From a virus, in IMG/VR virus record IMGVR_UViG_3300020020_000026, positions 18,287 to 82,286 of that record: a stretch of DNA of 64,000 bases; one strand, given 5' to 3'. Each line of letters opens with the position of its first letter. The stretch's first letter is position 1. A program made the position numbers and the translations under genes. Below are positions 8,339 through 18,353 of the stretch, piece after piece. The notes under the pieces were generated by a model. The model saw only the letters and a program-made list of their open reading frames with translations. It was not told the DNA's origin and did no database searches.

Positions 8339-8365
8339 TCTGGTGTCAGGAAAGAGGAGAGAGAA

Positions 8366-8626
8366 ATGGCGAAGAAGGAAAAAGGCTGGACCGTCTATCA
8401 CGCCGGTTCGACTATGTGGGTCAAGGACTACGCGGTGAAGTCTGCCGCCGAGAAGTACGCGGCCAAGATGGGCGCGGGGTACGCGGTCACGGACGCGGTC
8501 ACCTACGCCTTCAAGGTCGTCCACATGGTCGAGAAGACCAACATGATGTCCGGAGGCAAGTACATGGAGGCCTCCAACACCCCTGGCTACATGAGCCCCG
8601 CCTCCGAAGCCTACTGGAGCATGTGA
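8366..8626 (+). CDS. Hypothetical phage protein (C-terminal TP..SP.SE.YWSM)
   Basis: GAGGAG RBS; starts MAKKEK. Confidence 0.75.
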   Translation: MAKKEKGWTVYHAGSTMWVKDYAVKSAAEKYAAKMGAGYAVTDAVTYAFKVVHMVEKTNMMSGGKYMEASNTPGYMSPASEAYWSM

Positions 8627-8811
8627 TGGCAAAGAAGGAAAAAATCGACGCGGTCGCGCTGGAGAGCGCGGCCATCGCGGCCGGTGTCTCGGAGGAGTGG
8701 CTGGGCATGTGGCGTCGCGGCGGACTGAGCAACGAGGCTCTCGCCACTCTGACATACGGCAGCAAGGCAATCCAAGCTGCCATCGATCTCAGCCACGTCA
8801 GGAGCAAGTGA
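8626..8811 (+). CDS. Hypothetical small protein
   Basis: TGATG coupling; also starts MAKKEK. Confidence 0.6.
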   Translation: MAKKEKIDAVALESAAIAAGVSEEWLGMWRRGGLSNEALATLTYGSKAIQAAIDLSHVRSK

Positions 8812-9062
8812 TGGATACCTACCAGGAGAAAGTGAACCGCTGGCGGATCATCCGCCACGAAGAGCTGCCCGAAGAACACAAGGCCGCGTACCGGCTGGAA
8901 GGGATCGATCCGGACGACAACTGGTCGCTGATCTGGTCGTTCGAAACCGAAGAGGCCGCGATCAAGTGCCTCGCCGACTGCAACGAGACAAAGGCGAAGT
9001 GGCAGACCTACCGCCTGGTCGATGGTGGCAAGGCGGAATTCATCGAAAGGGGAATCTGGTGA
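8811..9062 (+). CDS. Hypothetical protein
   Basis: AGGAG RBS, TGATG coupling. Confidence 0.65.
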   Translation: MDTYQEKVNRWRIIRHEELPEEHKAAYRLEGIDPDDNWSLIWSFETEEAAIKCLADCNETKAKWQTYRLVDGGKAEFIERGIW

Positions 9063-9280
9063 GATCGAAGCTCTACGCCACCTACGGCTTCTACAAAGTC
9101 TGGCAGCGCCCGCTCAACAAGGGCAAGGGCTTCCGCTTCGAGGTCCGCAAAGGCAACAGCGTCCTCGGAAGTTTCATGAGCCTGCTCACCGCGATGGAGG
9201 ACGCAAAGGCCCGCATGAACGCCTTCTGGGACGAGCAGGCCCGCGTCTACAACGAGCTGAAAGCGAAGGGAGAACTCTAG
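9059..9280 (+). CDS. Hypothetical protein
   Basis: GTGA overlap; last gene before the convergent late region. Confidence 0.6.
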   Translation: MRSKLYATYGFYKVWQRPLNKGKGFRFEVRKGNSVLGSFMSLLTAMEDAKARMNAFWDEQARVYNELKAKGEL

Positions 9281-9624
9281 CCCACTGGCGGCTTTTTCAC
9301 GGGGGTGCCAGGAGCGGGGACGGGAGCGTCGGGGAAGGCTAGAGCGAGGGGAGCGGCGGGAATAGCGGTGGGGATGCCGCGCTTGGCGGATTCATCGGTA
9401 CTGCTCTCTTTCACGGTCGTGCAATTCCAGCCGTGTATCCTGCACCATGCGCCCATCGGCGGAGCCGTGAGGTCGTTGCCAGCGTAGTCGGGATGGGGCC
9501 GCGCTTCATATTCGCACGGCGGCAGATTCAGCGTATGACCCACGTCCCGCTTGTCTTCGTCCTCTTCGGTCCTGGGCTTGGCCACCTTCCTGGTGGACGG
9601 CCGGGCGAATTGTCTAGGGTCCAT
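9277..9624 (-). CDS. Hypothetical Pro-rich protein
   Basis: AAGGAGAGGG RBS before MDPRQFARPS. Confidence 0.5.
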   Translation of the reverse strand: MDPRQFARPSTRKVAKPRTEEDEDKRDVGHTLNLPPCEYEARPHPDYAGNDLTAPPMGAWCRIHGWNCTTVKESSTDESAKRGIPTAIPAAPLALAFPDAPVPAPGTPVKKPPVG

Positions 9625-9835
9625 GTCCCTCTCCTTTTGATGCAGCGGCAATCTTTGCCAGCCCGTCCTCGACAGCTTGCTCGATTTTACCGATAGGACA
9701 AAGTTGCGGCCCAAACGTCGGCGGCACGTCGAACCAGTGGTGCGTATTGCACTGGAAGCACTTCCGCGCCGAGCCACTCGCAGACATCGGATTGTTCGAC
9801 ACGAAGAACTCAACGATCTCGCACTTCATGGTCAC
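9614..9835 (-). CDS. Small Cys-rich protein
   Basis: CxxC..H...CPIG; overlaps next gene. Confidence 0.5.
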   Translation of the reverse strand: MTMKCEIVEFFVSNNPMSASGSARKCFQCNTHHWFDVPPTFGPQLCPIGKIEQAVEDGLAKIAAASKGEGHGP

Positions 9836-9892
9836 CTACGTTCCGGCCGCATGATATCCGGCGTCGGCCTCAGTCTCAAATTGTAGTCTTCG

Positions 9893-10138
9893 TCACGTAC
9901 TGATGACTCCGCTGGCCGCGACGACCCGAAAGGGAAGCGGCATGCCGAGAAGCAGCGCGACGATCATGTATAGCGCGATCAGCGCCACGATGACCATGAA
10001 CACCTTCTGGATTTGATCCGGGATCGGAAAGCCGAGCCAGTTCATCAGCCAGAGGACGATCAGGCCGATCAGGACCAGGATCGCGACCGCGATTGCGATG
10101 TTGATGATGCCTAGAAGGACTGCGCCAAGCGAACCCAT
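9893..10138 (-). CDS. Two-TM membrane protein (holin candidate)
   Basis: Two hydrophobic helices; directly after the endolysins. Confidence 0.65.
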   Translation of the reverse strand: MGSLGAVLLGIINIAIAVAILVLIGLIVLWLMNWLGFPIPDQIQKVFMVIVALIALYMIVALLLGMPLPFRVVAASGVIST

Positions 10139-10150
10139 GGGCCTCTCCTA

Positions 10151-10783
10151 TTATGTGACCTGAACACCGTTGACGGTGATGATAACGTCCCCCTCGACCT
10201 CTATGTCGATGCGCGGGACGACTGCGGTTACCGGCGGCGGCTCGACCTCTTCGCCGTCAAGCGTGCCGCCCAGCTCGTTCGCCAGCGCCTCGCAGATGTC
10301 ATCGAAATTGTCCAGGTACAGCTCCGCATCGGTTTCGGAGTCCACGAAGCAGACCTCCAGCAATACACAGGGCATCTCTGTGTTATTCAGCACGTAGAGG
10401 TCGGTCCGTTTTTTGGGGCCGCGATCCAGGAGCGAACCGGCCTCGGCGATTGCCGCCGACAGCCGCGCCGCCAGCGAGGACTGCGTGACGTAGAGAACCT
10501 CGCAGCCCCTGGGCGCGTCGGTCTGTTCGAAGGCATTGAAGTGGACCGAAATATCCAATTCCCGCGTCGCGTCGTTATGGGCGTCGGTTATGCGTTCCAA
10601 ATTCTCCGACTGGCTGACGGAGACGTTGTCATGAAACACAAAAACCTCAACGCCGCGCTTCTTCAGCTCGTCCGCCAGGCGGTCGGTGACCTTGCGGGCC
10701 TCGTCCACCTCGTCAAGGATGCCGTGCGCGCCGCGAACCTTGAGGCCGTGGCCTGACGAGATAAAAATCGATTTATAGGTCAT
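10151..10783 (-). CDS. N-acetylmuramoyl-L-alanine amidase (Amidase_3)
   Basis: SSGHG, E, SVHFNA and LLEVCFVD motifs. Confidence 0.92.
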   Translation of the reverse strand: MTYKSIFISSGHGLKVRGAHGILDEVDEARKVTDRLADELKKRGVEVFVFHDNVSVSQSENLERITDAHNDATRELDISVHFNAFEQTDAPRGCEVLYVTQSSLAARLSAAIAEAGSLLDRGPKKRTDLYVLNNTEMPCVLLEVCFVDSETDAELYLDNFDDICEALANELGGTLDGEEVEPPPVTAVVPRIDIEVEGDVIITVNGVQVT

Positions 10784-11339
10784 CGTTAACCTCCACCTTC
10801 TGCGGCATCGGGTCGGGCAGCGGCACGATCACCTTGTCCGGTTTACCGTCGTAGTCCTCGTCCGCGATGTTCTGGAAGAGCAGCGCCTCGCTCGCGCGCC
10901 TGCGCACAAGCCCGGCGAGAACTTTGCCGCCGCCCTTATTCCATTTGTGGAATTCCAGCGCCGCGCCATCGAAGTTCTTCGCGTTGACCTTCTTGAGCAG
11001 GGTCGAGCCAGCCAAGGCACCGGACCCGCAATTGTATGCGAAGCTCACCAGGGCATCGAACTGCCATTGCGCCAGCTTCACCTTGACCAGGCGCTTCACG
11101 TCGGCCTCGAAGACGCGCATGTCCAGGCGAAAGGCTGCGTCGCATTGCGCCATCGACCACACCGTGCCGCTGGCGATCCGGTGACCGTTCTCACTCGTCG
11201 TGCCCCATCCGATGGTCATGACGCCAGCGGGACATTTGTACGCCGCGTAGCGATCCGGCCCGCACTTCTTCATGCAGTTTTCGAAATGCTTCACCAGATT
11301 CGCGCCAGCGCGCGACAGCGACAGACTTTCGTTTGGCAT
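10773..11339 (-). CDS. Phage lysozyme (GH24) endolysin
   Basis: FENC..AYKCPAGVMTIGWGTT, FDALVSFAYNCG, GLVRRRASE. Confidence 0.93.
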   Translation of the reverse strand: MPNESLSLSRAGANLVKHFENCMKKCGPDRYAAYKCPAGVMTIGWGTTSENGHRIASGTVWSMAQCDAAFRLDMRVFEADVKRLVKVKLAQWQFDALVSFAYNCGSGALAGSTLLKKVNAKNFDGAALEFHKWNKGGGKVLAGLVRRRASEALLFQNIADEDYDGKPDKVIVPLPDPMPQKVEVNDDL

Positions 11340-11343
11340 CTGG

Positions 11344-11577
11344 TTATCTCTGCGCCGGGGCCGGGACGATGCACTGGCTCAACAGCTTCTGCACCTCGGC
11401 CTGCATCTGCACGAACAGCTTCACATTGTCCTGGCGCTGCGAATTGAACATGGACGACTGGTAGTACAGCAACCCGATCAGCGAGAAGCTGACGACGATC
11501 AACGCCAGCACCAACGGCATGCCCTTCATCGCGTCGAGAAAACTCAACGCGGCCTGGCCTCCTGGGATGTTGCTCAT
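11344..11577 (-). CDS. Single-TM protein, lysis module (holin-like)
   Basis: TM PLVLALIVVSFSLIGLLYY, upstream of lysozyme. Confidence 0.6.
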   Translation of the reverse strand: MSNIPGGQAALSFLDAMKGMPLVLALIVVSFSLIGLLYYQSSMFNSQRQDNVKLFVQMQAEVQKLLSQCIVPAPAQR

Positions 11578-11861
11578 GGCGGTGGCTTCCCTAGGTCGCG
11601 GGTTAAGAGGGTAACGATGCGTTCGATTGAGGTTTCATTCTTTTTGATGCTCTGCTCCAGCACCGTGATTCGGTTTTGCATTTCCTGCATTCTGGCCACC
11701 GTATATTCGGCACCGCGATGTTCCATGATGTAGACTCGCGTTTCTAAACGCACCGAATATGCGAGGATCGCTGCGGCGGCTGTACCCAGCGCGACCGCCT
11801 GCGCAATGAGGAAAATAGCCAAGGCCTGGTTCTGGTGAAACCAGCTCTTGAACTCTGTCAT
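11574..11861 (-). CDS. TM plus coiled-coil protein, lysis module
   Basis: N-terminal TM followed by heptad-rich tail. Confidence 0.6.
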   Translation of the reverse strand: MTEFKSWFHQNQALAIFLIAQAVALGTAAAAILAYSVRLETRVYIMEHRGAEYTVARMQEMQNRITVLEQSIKKNETSIERIVTLLTRDLGKPPP

Positions 11862-12082
11862 GCGGGCGGAGGAGCTAGCCCGTCCTCACTGTCACCCTTT
11901 TCGGGGAACGGTGGGGGTGGCACGACCGGCGGCTTTGGTGGCGCGGGGATCGGCGGCGTTGGCTCTTGTGGCTCGTTCTGCATGGTACGGCCCTCTCTGC
12001 TGATTAAACGGGGTGCGGGGTATCCAGGCACGCAACGCTGCGGCAATTTTCGCCCGCCGTTCCTCGCAGGAGCGGCAAGCCA

Positions 12083-12529
12083 TCACGGACCGGCGACCGT
12101 CCCAATCAGGACCGCAACGTCTCCGTCTTCTATTGCAATAAGCCTGTTGCCGCCCGGCGGCAGCGTGCCGGGTTCTGGAATCAACTCGTCCAGCGCGGTC
12201 ATGAACTCCGCGTCGCCGCAGCCCAGCACCAGGTTGCCGTGCAGCTCCTGCGCGTTGACTGTACTCTTGCCCTGCCGCAGCAACGATGAGGCCTGCAAGA
12301 TCATGGCCGCCTCGTTAATCTCCAGTCCAAGCTGAATATTGTCGCCGGGGTATGCCGCGATTGTTGGGACGACAGCGCCGTTCTGCTCAAACGTCGTGAT
12401 GCCTTGGGCAATGCCCACATAAGACGAGCCAATCAAATCATACAGCGTCTCCAGGTCGGGAGAGGTGCCGTTATATTCGGTTACGACCATGTTGCCGTGC
12501 GGCGGAACCTGGCTCAGCGTCCCGATCAT
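12083..12529 (-). CDS. Hypothetical protein
   Basis: 148-aa ORF, ATGA overlaps. Confidence 0.6.
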   Translation of the reverse strand: MIGTLSQVPPHGNMVVTEYNGTSPDLETLYDLIGSSYVGIAQGITTFEQNGAVVPTIAAYPGDNIQLGLEINEAAMILQASSLLRQGKSTVNAQELHGNLVLGCGDAEFMTALDELIPEPGTLPPGGNRLIAIEDGDVAVLIGTVAGP

Positions 12530-12915
12530 GCCTTGTCCTTCAGCCGGGCCATCACCTCCGCGATGATCTCTTCTTTGAACCGCTGCTTTTCCTCTTTCTC
12601 TCTTTGTTGGTTAGCAACCACCGCCTCTTCACTCCTTTTTTTGTTCACTACCGCCTCCGCCTCAAGCCTCTCCTTCTCGACAAGCCAGGCGTCGTAATAG
12701 CTTTGGTACTCCGAGAAATCGTGGATGACCTCGTTCGGCTTGCGGGATATCGCGCCGGTTTCAGCATTGACGTTAGTCAGGAACTCGACTGAGCCGATGG
12801 TGTTGGACCACTGCACAGCGTGCTTGCCCTCGGCAACCAGGGCTGAGCAATCGATCCGACAGGCGAACCCATCGACCAGCATCGTATTGTCCCTAGCGAC
12901 TATTGTGGCGCGCAT
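12526..12915 (-). CDS. Tail fibre-associated hypothetical protein
   Basis: MRATIVARDN...HAVQW; position after fibre genes. Confidence 0.65.
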   Translation of the reverse strand: MRATIVARDNTMLVDGFACRIDCSALVAEGKHAVQWSNTIGSVEFLTNVNAETGAISRKPNEVIHDFSEYQSYYDAWLVEKERLEAEAVVNKKRSEEAVVANQQREKEEKQRFKEEIIAEVMARLKDKA

Positions 12916-13207
12916 CGATAAGCCTCCCCTGCTCGCTGGCCAAGTTAACAGCATCCTTCACGCCAGCGACGACACCGTTGCGGAATGTTTCTATGGCCGC
13001 GCCAGCCTGGCGGGTTTGCTGGGCGTTCTCGATCAACAGCATCGGCAACAGCGCGACCGCGCAGCGCCAGTCGTCAATCATTTCTTCGGTCTGTGGGTTC
13101 TTGCCGATGACGCGCGTCCACCATGGGCACTTATGGCAGACCGTCGAGGTATCCACCTTGTGCAACGGGCAGATCGTGCCTTCGTCAGCGTGTGGAATTC
13201 TTACCAT
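12893..13207 (-). CDS. Cys-rich phage protein (CPL..C..CPWW..G.NPQT...W.CA)
   Basis: Four-Cys motif of a type often found beside fibre genes. Confidence 0.75.
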   Translation of the reverse strand: MVRIPHADEGTICPLHKVDTSTVCHKCPWWTRVIGKNPQTEEMIDDWRCAVALLPMLLIENAQQTRQAGAAIETFRNGVVAGVKDAVNLASEQGRLIDARHNSR

Positions 13208-14233
13208 TTAGTTTTTGCTCCGCACATTAAGGGCCTCTAGCTCTTCGACCCTTGCCTTGAGTTCTTTGACCGCGTTGACCAGCGCAAACAAGATAGGGCC
13301 GGTATCAAGCGAACGCAGATCGGTCACCTCAACGCCATTGATGAATGCCGTCGATAGTTTCACCGTCTCAGGCATTGACACTTCAGCCTCCTGCGCAATG
13401 AGGCCGATGTATTCCTTCTGATCGACGGCCGCGCCGTAGTGCATCGACGTGTCGTATGGCGCTACACCAATATCCTTCCGCATTGGCAACGGCTTGCCAT
13501 CGTCACCCAGCTTCATCGGATTACTGGGATGCAGATCAGTCTCGTTGCCCTTGAATGTGAAGCGGACAGGCCGCAGCGCCGCAACAGCATCGAGGCTGTT
13601 GGTGTAGTCACCAATGACGTTCTTGATGCGTGCATCGGAGTAGGCAATGAATGGACCGCCAACTGTGGTGTAACAATAGTCCCCACGGAAATCCATGAAG
13701 TAGGAACCACCATAATTAAGACGAATGCCTGCCCATACACCGGGGATGTGTTCGCCCGAAATAGCGCACGCTACACCAGGGCTAAAGCTCGCAACTGTCA
13801 CCCCATAGCCGCTGCCGTACCAACCGTCACCCTGCACACCCAGACCCTGAGTGCCGCAATAAACTACCCCTGCTGATTGGAGATAAGAGGTTCCGTAAAC
13901 GGAAGGGGCCGTCAAGCTGCCCGACATCGTGTCGCCAGTCTTCGCCACCCTAGAGCTAGCGTGTGACGCACCCCACGCACTGGCGCGAGTTTCTACATAG
14001 GAAGTGTTCGCGATGTTATCGTTGCCGACTGTTGGTGGAGTCGGCACCGTCGAGTCTGATGCAAGAGCCAGCGGACCCGTCATCGTGTCGCCAGCCTTCG
14101 AAACCTTTGTATTGATATCGATTCCGATGATGACCCACTTCTCTCCGTCCCACTTATAAGAGGGAATGCCAGCAATAGGCGTCGCTGGATAGGTCTGATC
14201 GATAGTTGGCGATGCTGGAAAATCGAACGCCAT
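13208..14233 (-). CDS. Tail fibre with C-terminal Peptidase_S74 intramolecular chaperone
   Basis: SDARIKN, GLIAQE, LVNAVKEL motifs; N-terminal FDFPASP...WDGEKW adaptor. Confidence 0.85.
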   Translation of the reverse strand: MAFDFPASPTIDQTYPATPIAGIPSYKWDGEKWVIIGIDINTKVSKAGDTMTGPLALASDSTVPTPPTVGNDNIANTSYVETRASAWGASHASSRVAKTGDTMSGSLTAPSVYGTSYLQSAGVVYCGTQGLGVQGDGWYGSGYGVTVASFSPGVACAISGEHIPGVWAGIRLNYGGSYFMDFRGDYCYTTVGGPFIAYSDARIKNVIGDYTNSLDAVAALRPVRFTFKGNETDLHPSNPMKLGDDGKPLPMRKDIGVAPYDTSMHYGAAVDQKEYIGLIAQEAEVSMPETVKLSTAFINGVEVTDLRSLDTGPILFALVNAVKELKARVEELEALNVRSKN

Positions 14234-14239
14234 CAGATA

Positions 14240-14857
14240 TCAGTCCTTGCTCGCCAGTATGACATCAATATACGCCATGTTCATCGTAATCGCGTGGGTA
14301 TGCCCCCAGTTTGCACCGGCAAATCCGGTATACGTCCCGTAAACACCAGCGCCGCCACTGTCGCCATACAGCGTGTAGCTGGCACCGGAAGCATTCGGGA
14401 GTTCGTAATAGTGCTGATGGTAAGTGAGTTCGTTGCCGTCGATGGAGTGATAGCCAACAGTGCTTTGCGCCATCACTGTCGAGAACCCATTGACGCCGCC
14501 CGCCACGCCGCCCGATCCGCTGACGACTCGCAACGCCCTGTCGTTCTGGGTGACTATCTTCGTCCAGCCGGTCGGCGCTGCCGCCATGTAGAACGGCAAG
14601 ACGGTGCCCGCAGCAAAGCCGCCGGGCTTGTTGTCAACGTATTGCTTTGTCGATGCCTGCAACGCGCTCGCGGGGTCGGCGGGCAGCACCAGCGGACCCG
14701 TCATCGTGTCGCCAGCCTTTTGCACGTAGCCGGTGGAAAGGTTCACTCCTGTTGTAGCCCACTTTTCGCCGTCCCAAGTGTATTGCGGCTGACCCGCAGC
14801 CGGGGACGCCGGGTGCTTCGTGCCGATACTTGGAGAGGAAGGAAAGTCGAGCGCCAT
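14240..14857 (-). CDS. Short tail fibre with collar domain
   Basis: Same N-terminal adaptor; GTVLPFYMAAAPTGW collar; HxH motifs. Confidence 0.8.
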   Translation of the reverse strand: MALDFPSSPSIGTKHPASPAAGQPQYTWDGEKWATTGVNLSTGYVQKAGDTMTGPLVLPADPASALQASTKQYVDNKPGGFAAGTVLPFYMAAAPTGWTKIVTQNDRALRVVSGSGGVAGGVNGFSTVMAQSTVGYHSIDGNELTYHQHYYELPNASGASYTLYGDSGGAGVYGTYTGFAGANWGHTHAITMNMAYIDVILASKD

Positions 14858-14863
14858 GCTACC

Positions 14864-16249
14864 TCAATAGGGTGCAGTCGGAGGTGTGAAGTTGGCAGTC
14901 CACCGCGCTATGCCTTTGCTGATGCGAAGCTCGTCCACCAGGCCGTGCGACCACTGCTGTCCGCCGCCAGTGAGATTCCATGCACCGAGTAGCGGTGCAT
15001 GGTCGATATAAGTCGGAAGAACGCCATTTATTGCCGTGTTAATTGTTTGCTGAAGCACGCCGTCCTTAAACCCATAAAAGACGCCGTCCTTGCGGACAAC
15101 GGCGCGATGCGCCCATACACTGAGCGAGTATGTACCCAGCGAAAGGTCATTCACGATATTCCATGACGCCTGGTCGCTGGAGCTATAAAAGCGAATGTAT
15201 CCGGCGGCCTGACGATAGAACAGGAATGGTTGATAAGTTATTCCTGCACCGGACCGCACTATTATCGGACGGTTTTCTGCATCTGATGGCCAGTCCCACC
15301 AATCAATCGTGAAGTCGCCACCACCGAAATTCCAATCGTCGTCAGCCGGTATAGAAACGTAAAGGTTTGCAGTATTGAAATACGTCGAGGCGCTCCCGAA
15401 TTTTGCGGTAGGTCCATAACCGTATGAGTTGCCGCCTGTATTCGGTTTTGCATATGGCGAACTGTCCACAAACACTGTGCCCACGGCATTGGTCGGGTTG
15501 TCGAAGTGATACAGACCAACTGTATGATAAGCGGAACGATCTGGTGGGGCCGGTCCGTAGGCGCGCGACGGGGGCGTAAAGTTGGTTGTCCAACGCGCGA
15601 TGCCCTTGCTGATGCGAATCTCGTCCATGTAGCCGTGAAACCCGACTCCGGACCAATGGCCGAGTGTCAGAAGTTGGTTCGCGGGGGCCGCCAGCAATGC
15701 GGCCGATGAACTCCACGTTGCCGTCTGCACGCCGTTCTTGAAGTGATAGAACGTGCTGCCGTTGCGCACGACCGCGTAGTGAACCCATACGTTCAGATCA
15801 ATCGACCCGCAGATTGGTCCGCCAGCGATATCCCACGACGATCCGTTGCTAGACATATAAGTCTGATAGCGACCATCGTTCGTGGCGTGATTTAGGAGAA
15901 ACCCCTGAACGGCATTGTCGGCCTGCCTCCTGAAGGAAGCAGACGAGAGGGTCGAGCTAAGCCGGTATTCCCACCAATCGACCGTGAAGTCGCCACTGCC
16001 GAAGTCGAAGTCTGGGGTGTTCTTGACGAACATATAACTAGCGTTGCCGCCAGGGAAATATAGAGACGAGGTGCCGAATTTCTTTATCGAGGTATTGATC
16101 GACGCGCCGCACGGGGTCGCGACGCGCGGTGTCCCGCCAATCGAAGCGTCCATGAAGCGCGTGTCGTCAAAGTGCAGCAACAACTTTGTGTAGGCGTCGT
16201 TGCCAAACTCTTTTTGCCCCGCCAGCGTAACCGTAGTGCCGGGCATCAT
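14864..16249 (-). CDS. Tandem LamG/ConA-domain virion protein
   Basis: Two LLLHFD...GDFT(V/I)DWW...DE(I/L)RISKGIARWT.NFTPP repeats. Confidence 0.85.
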   Translation of the reverse strand: MMPGTTVTLAGQKEFGNDAYTKLLLHFDDTRFMDASIGGTPRVATPCGASINTSIKKFGTSSLYFPGGNASYMFVKNTPDFDFGSGDFTVDWWEYRLSSTLSSASFRRQADNAVQGFLLNHATNDGRYQTYMSSNGSSWDIAGGPICGSIDLNVWVHYAVVRNGSTFYHFKNGVQTATWSSSAALLAAPANQLLTLGHWSGVGFHGYMDEIRISKGIARWTTNFTPPSRAYGPAPPDRSAYHTVGLYHFDNPTNAVGTVFVDSSPYAKPNTGGNSYGYGPTAKFGSASTYFNTANLYVSIPADDDWNFGGGDFTIDWWDWPSDAENRPIIVRSGAGITYQPFLFYRQAAGYIRFYSSSDQASWNIVNDLSLGTYSLSVWAHRAVVRKDGVFYGFKDGVLQQTINTAINGVLPTYIDHAPLLGAWNLTGGGQQWSHGLVDELRISKGIARWTANFTPPTAPY

Positions 16250-18342
16250 TATTTAAAGTCCGGAGAATGCGTGCAGTAAACAGTACTCGCGTTTGACGCG
16301 AGATAGGAAATTACGTCGATCCCGCTAAGCGTCAACGTCGGCTTCACGCCACCGGAAAACTTGTAGGAGCTTCCCCAGGTCGTAATCGTCCCGGCCGCGC
16401 CCGGCGAAATGATGAAGAGGCCTTTTTGTCCAGCCTTGACGTTGGTTGGATTGGCAATGGTCCGCCCGGCACCACCCATCGTCCAGGTGAAATCAAAACC
16501 CAACGAAAAATTCGGCGTGACGGTCGAGGCGCTTTCCGTCAGCGCGACAGGGGCTGCCGCGCCCCACACCGTGTCGATAGACAGATATTTACCCGGCGCG
16601 TTGTTCGCTTGATATTCCGCGACGGTCGCTATCGGCAGATTCGGATACGGCGCGGCCATCACCCACTGCGATGATGTGCCGTCGTTGTAGTAGATATAGA
16701 GCAACCCCGTGTCGCTCTCCCACCACAGCGCACCGGCTACCGGCGACACTGGTGGCGTGTCGCTGATAACGATTGATGCACCGCCGCTGGACGCTGCCCA
16801 AGAGAGCGAGCCAGCGGTTGCGCCAGCGGTTAGAACCTTGCCGTTGTTTGTCGTGCCGGTTGCAGGGACGTGCAAATTGCCGTCGCCGGTCGGGTGAACG
16901 TAATTGTTCGCGCCGGTCGCAACGCCATCGAGCTTGGTCTTGTCCGCGCCGGTCATGAACCCGGCAGCGCCCGCCGCGACCACGTTGGCGTGGGCCGTCC
17001 CGCCGGTCCCGGCATGGGACGCAGCGAGTTTCTCGCTGTCGAGTTCCTGGATCGCCGCCTGCACGTCGGTCGCGGCGATGTTGCCAACCGGCGTAGACGG
17101 CACAAGGCTTGCTGACGAAACAACGCCCGCCGGTCCCTGCGCGCCGACATCGCCCCTTGGAATCGTCAGGTTCAGGGTCTGGGCGGGCGAGGTGCCGGTG
17201 ATGGTCGAGGCGGCGGCGCTGCCTGGTGCGCCGGTTGTTACTGTGCCGATGGCCAGCACGTTCGGCGGACCCGTTGCACCTGTGCTGCCGGTCGAGCCGG
17301 TGTTGCCGGTGTCGCCCTTGACGCCCTGAGTGCCCTGCAAGCCGCTTGGGATGCCAAGGTTCAGCGTCTGGTTTGGACTTGTGCCGGTAATGGTCGAGGT
17401 CGCAGCACCGCCTGGCGCGACCGTAGTGACCGTCCCGATGGCCAGCGTATTGGACGGTCCTGCCGGTCCCTGCCCGCCGGTACTGCCGGTCGGCCCTTGA
17501 ATGCCTTGACTGCCGGTGTCGCCCTTGACGCCCTGAATGCCCTGCAAGCCACTGGGAATACCAAGGTTGAGGGTCTGGTTCGGGCTGGTGCCGGTGATTG
17601 TCGAGGTCGCGGCTCCACCGGGAGCAACGGTGGTGACGGTGCCGACAGCCAGCGTATTTGATGGTCCTGTCGGTCCCTGCCCGCCGGTACTGCCGGTCGG
17701 TCCCGGCTCTCCTTGCTCTCCCTGCGGCCCGGTATCGCCAGGAATGCCTTGCGGCCCCGTTGGCCCCGGCGGCCCCGGAGAGGCGGCCACCCATTGCGAA
17801 CTGTTGTCGTCGCTGTAGAAGATGTACAACTGACCGCTATCGCTCTCCCACCACAGCGAACCGGAAATTGGCGAATCCGGTAGTTCGTCTGAAACCGTGA
17901 TGGTCGAGCCGCCGCCGCCGCCAGCGACCCACCCGGCATCCTTCCTGCCATAGATCAGGCCATCGATTGGTGCGTCTTCAACGATGCCCTGCGGGCCTGT
18001 CGGCCCTGGCTCTCCCTGCGGCCCCCTCGGCCCCATATCGCCGGGGATGCCTTGCGGACCCGTCTCGCCTACTGCGCCTTCCGCGCCCGTCTCGCCCATC
18101 GGTCCGCGCGGACCTTGGATCGAGCCACCCAGCACGATTGTATTGGTGTGCAGCGTCGGCACGACCAGAGGCTCGACCGAGACACCTACGGTGGTTTTGA
18201 AGCGCGGCGTCGGCGGCTCAGCCGGGGTCTTAGTTGGGGCACCTACGGTGGTTTTGGAGTGCCGCGTCGGCTCGTCCGGTGGCTTGGTCGAGCCCCCAAC
18301 GGTGGTCTTGCCCCTACCCCTTAACCCCTTGCGTTTTGCCAT
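16249..18342 (-). CDS. Collagen-like tail fibre with internal repeats
   Basis: Gxy repeats; 3x TLAxGTVTT...QTLNLxIP; 2x LWWESDxGxLYIxY. Confidence 0.8.
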   Translation of the reverse strand: MAKRKGLRGRGKTTVGGSTKPPDEPTRHSKTTVGAPTKTPAEPPTPRFKTTVGVSVEPLVVPTLHTNTIVLGGSIQGPRGPMGETGAEGAVGETGPQGIPGDMGPRGPQGEPGPTGPQGIVEDAPIDGLIYGRKDAGWVAGGGGGSTITVSDELPDSPISGSLWWESDSGQLYIFYSDDNSSQWVAASPGPPGPTGPQGIPGDTGPQGEQGEPGPTGSTGGQGPTGPSNTLAVGTVTTVAPGGAATSTITGTSPNQTLNLGIPSGLQGIQGVKGDTGSQGIQGPTGSTGGQGPAGPSNTLAIGTVTTVAPGGAATSTITGTSPNQTLNLGIPSGLQGTQGVKGDTGNTGSTGSTGATGPPNVLAIGTVTTGAPGSAAASTITGTSPAQTLNLTIPRGDVGAQGPAGVVSSASLVPSTPVGNIAATDVQAAIQELDSEKLAASHAGTGGTAHANVVAAGAAGFMTGADKTKLDGVATGANNYVHPTGDGNLHVPATGTTNNGKVLTAGATAGSLSWAASSGGASIVISDTPPVSPVAGALWWESDTGLLYIYYNDGTSSQWVMAAPYPNLPIATVAEYQANNAPGKYLSIDTVWGAAAPVALTESASTVTPNFSLGFDFTWTMGGAGRTIANPTNVKAGQKGLFIISPGAAGTITTWGSSYKFSGGVKPTLTLSGIDVISYLASNASTVYCTHSPDFK

Positions 18343-18353
18343 TCGCGCAAAAC

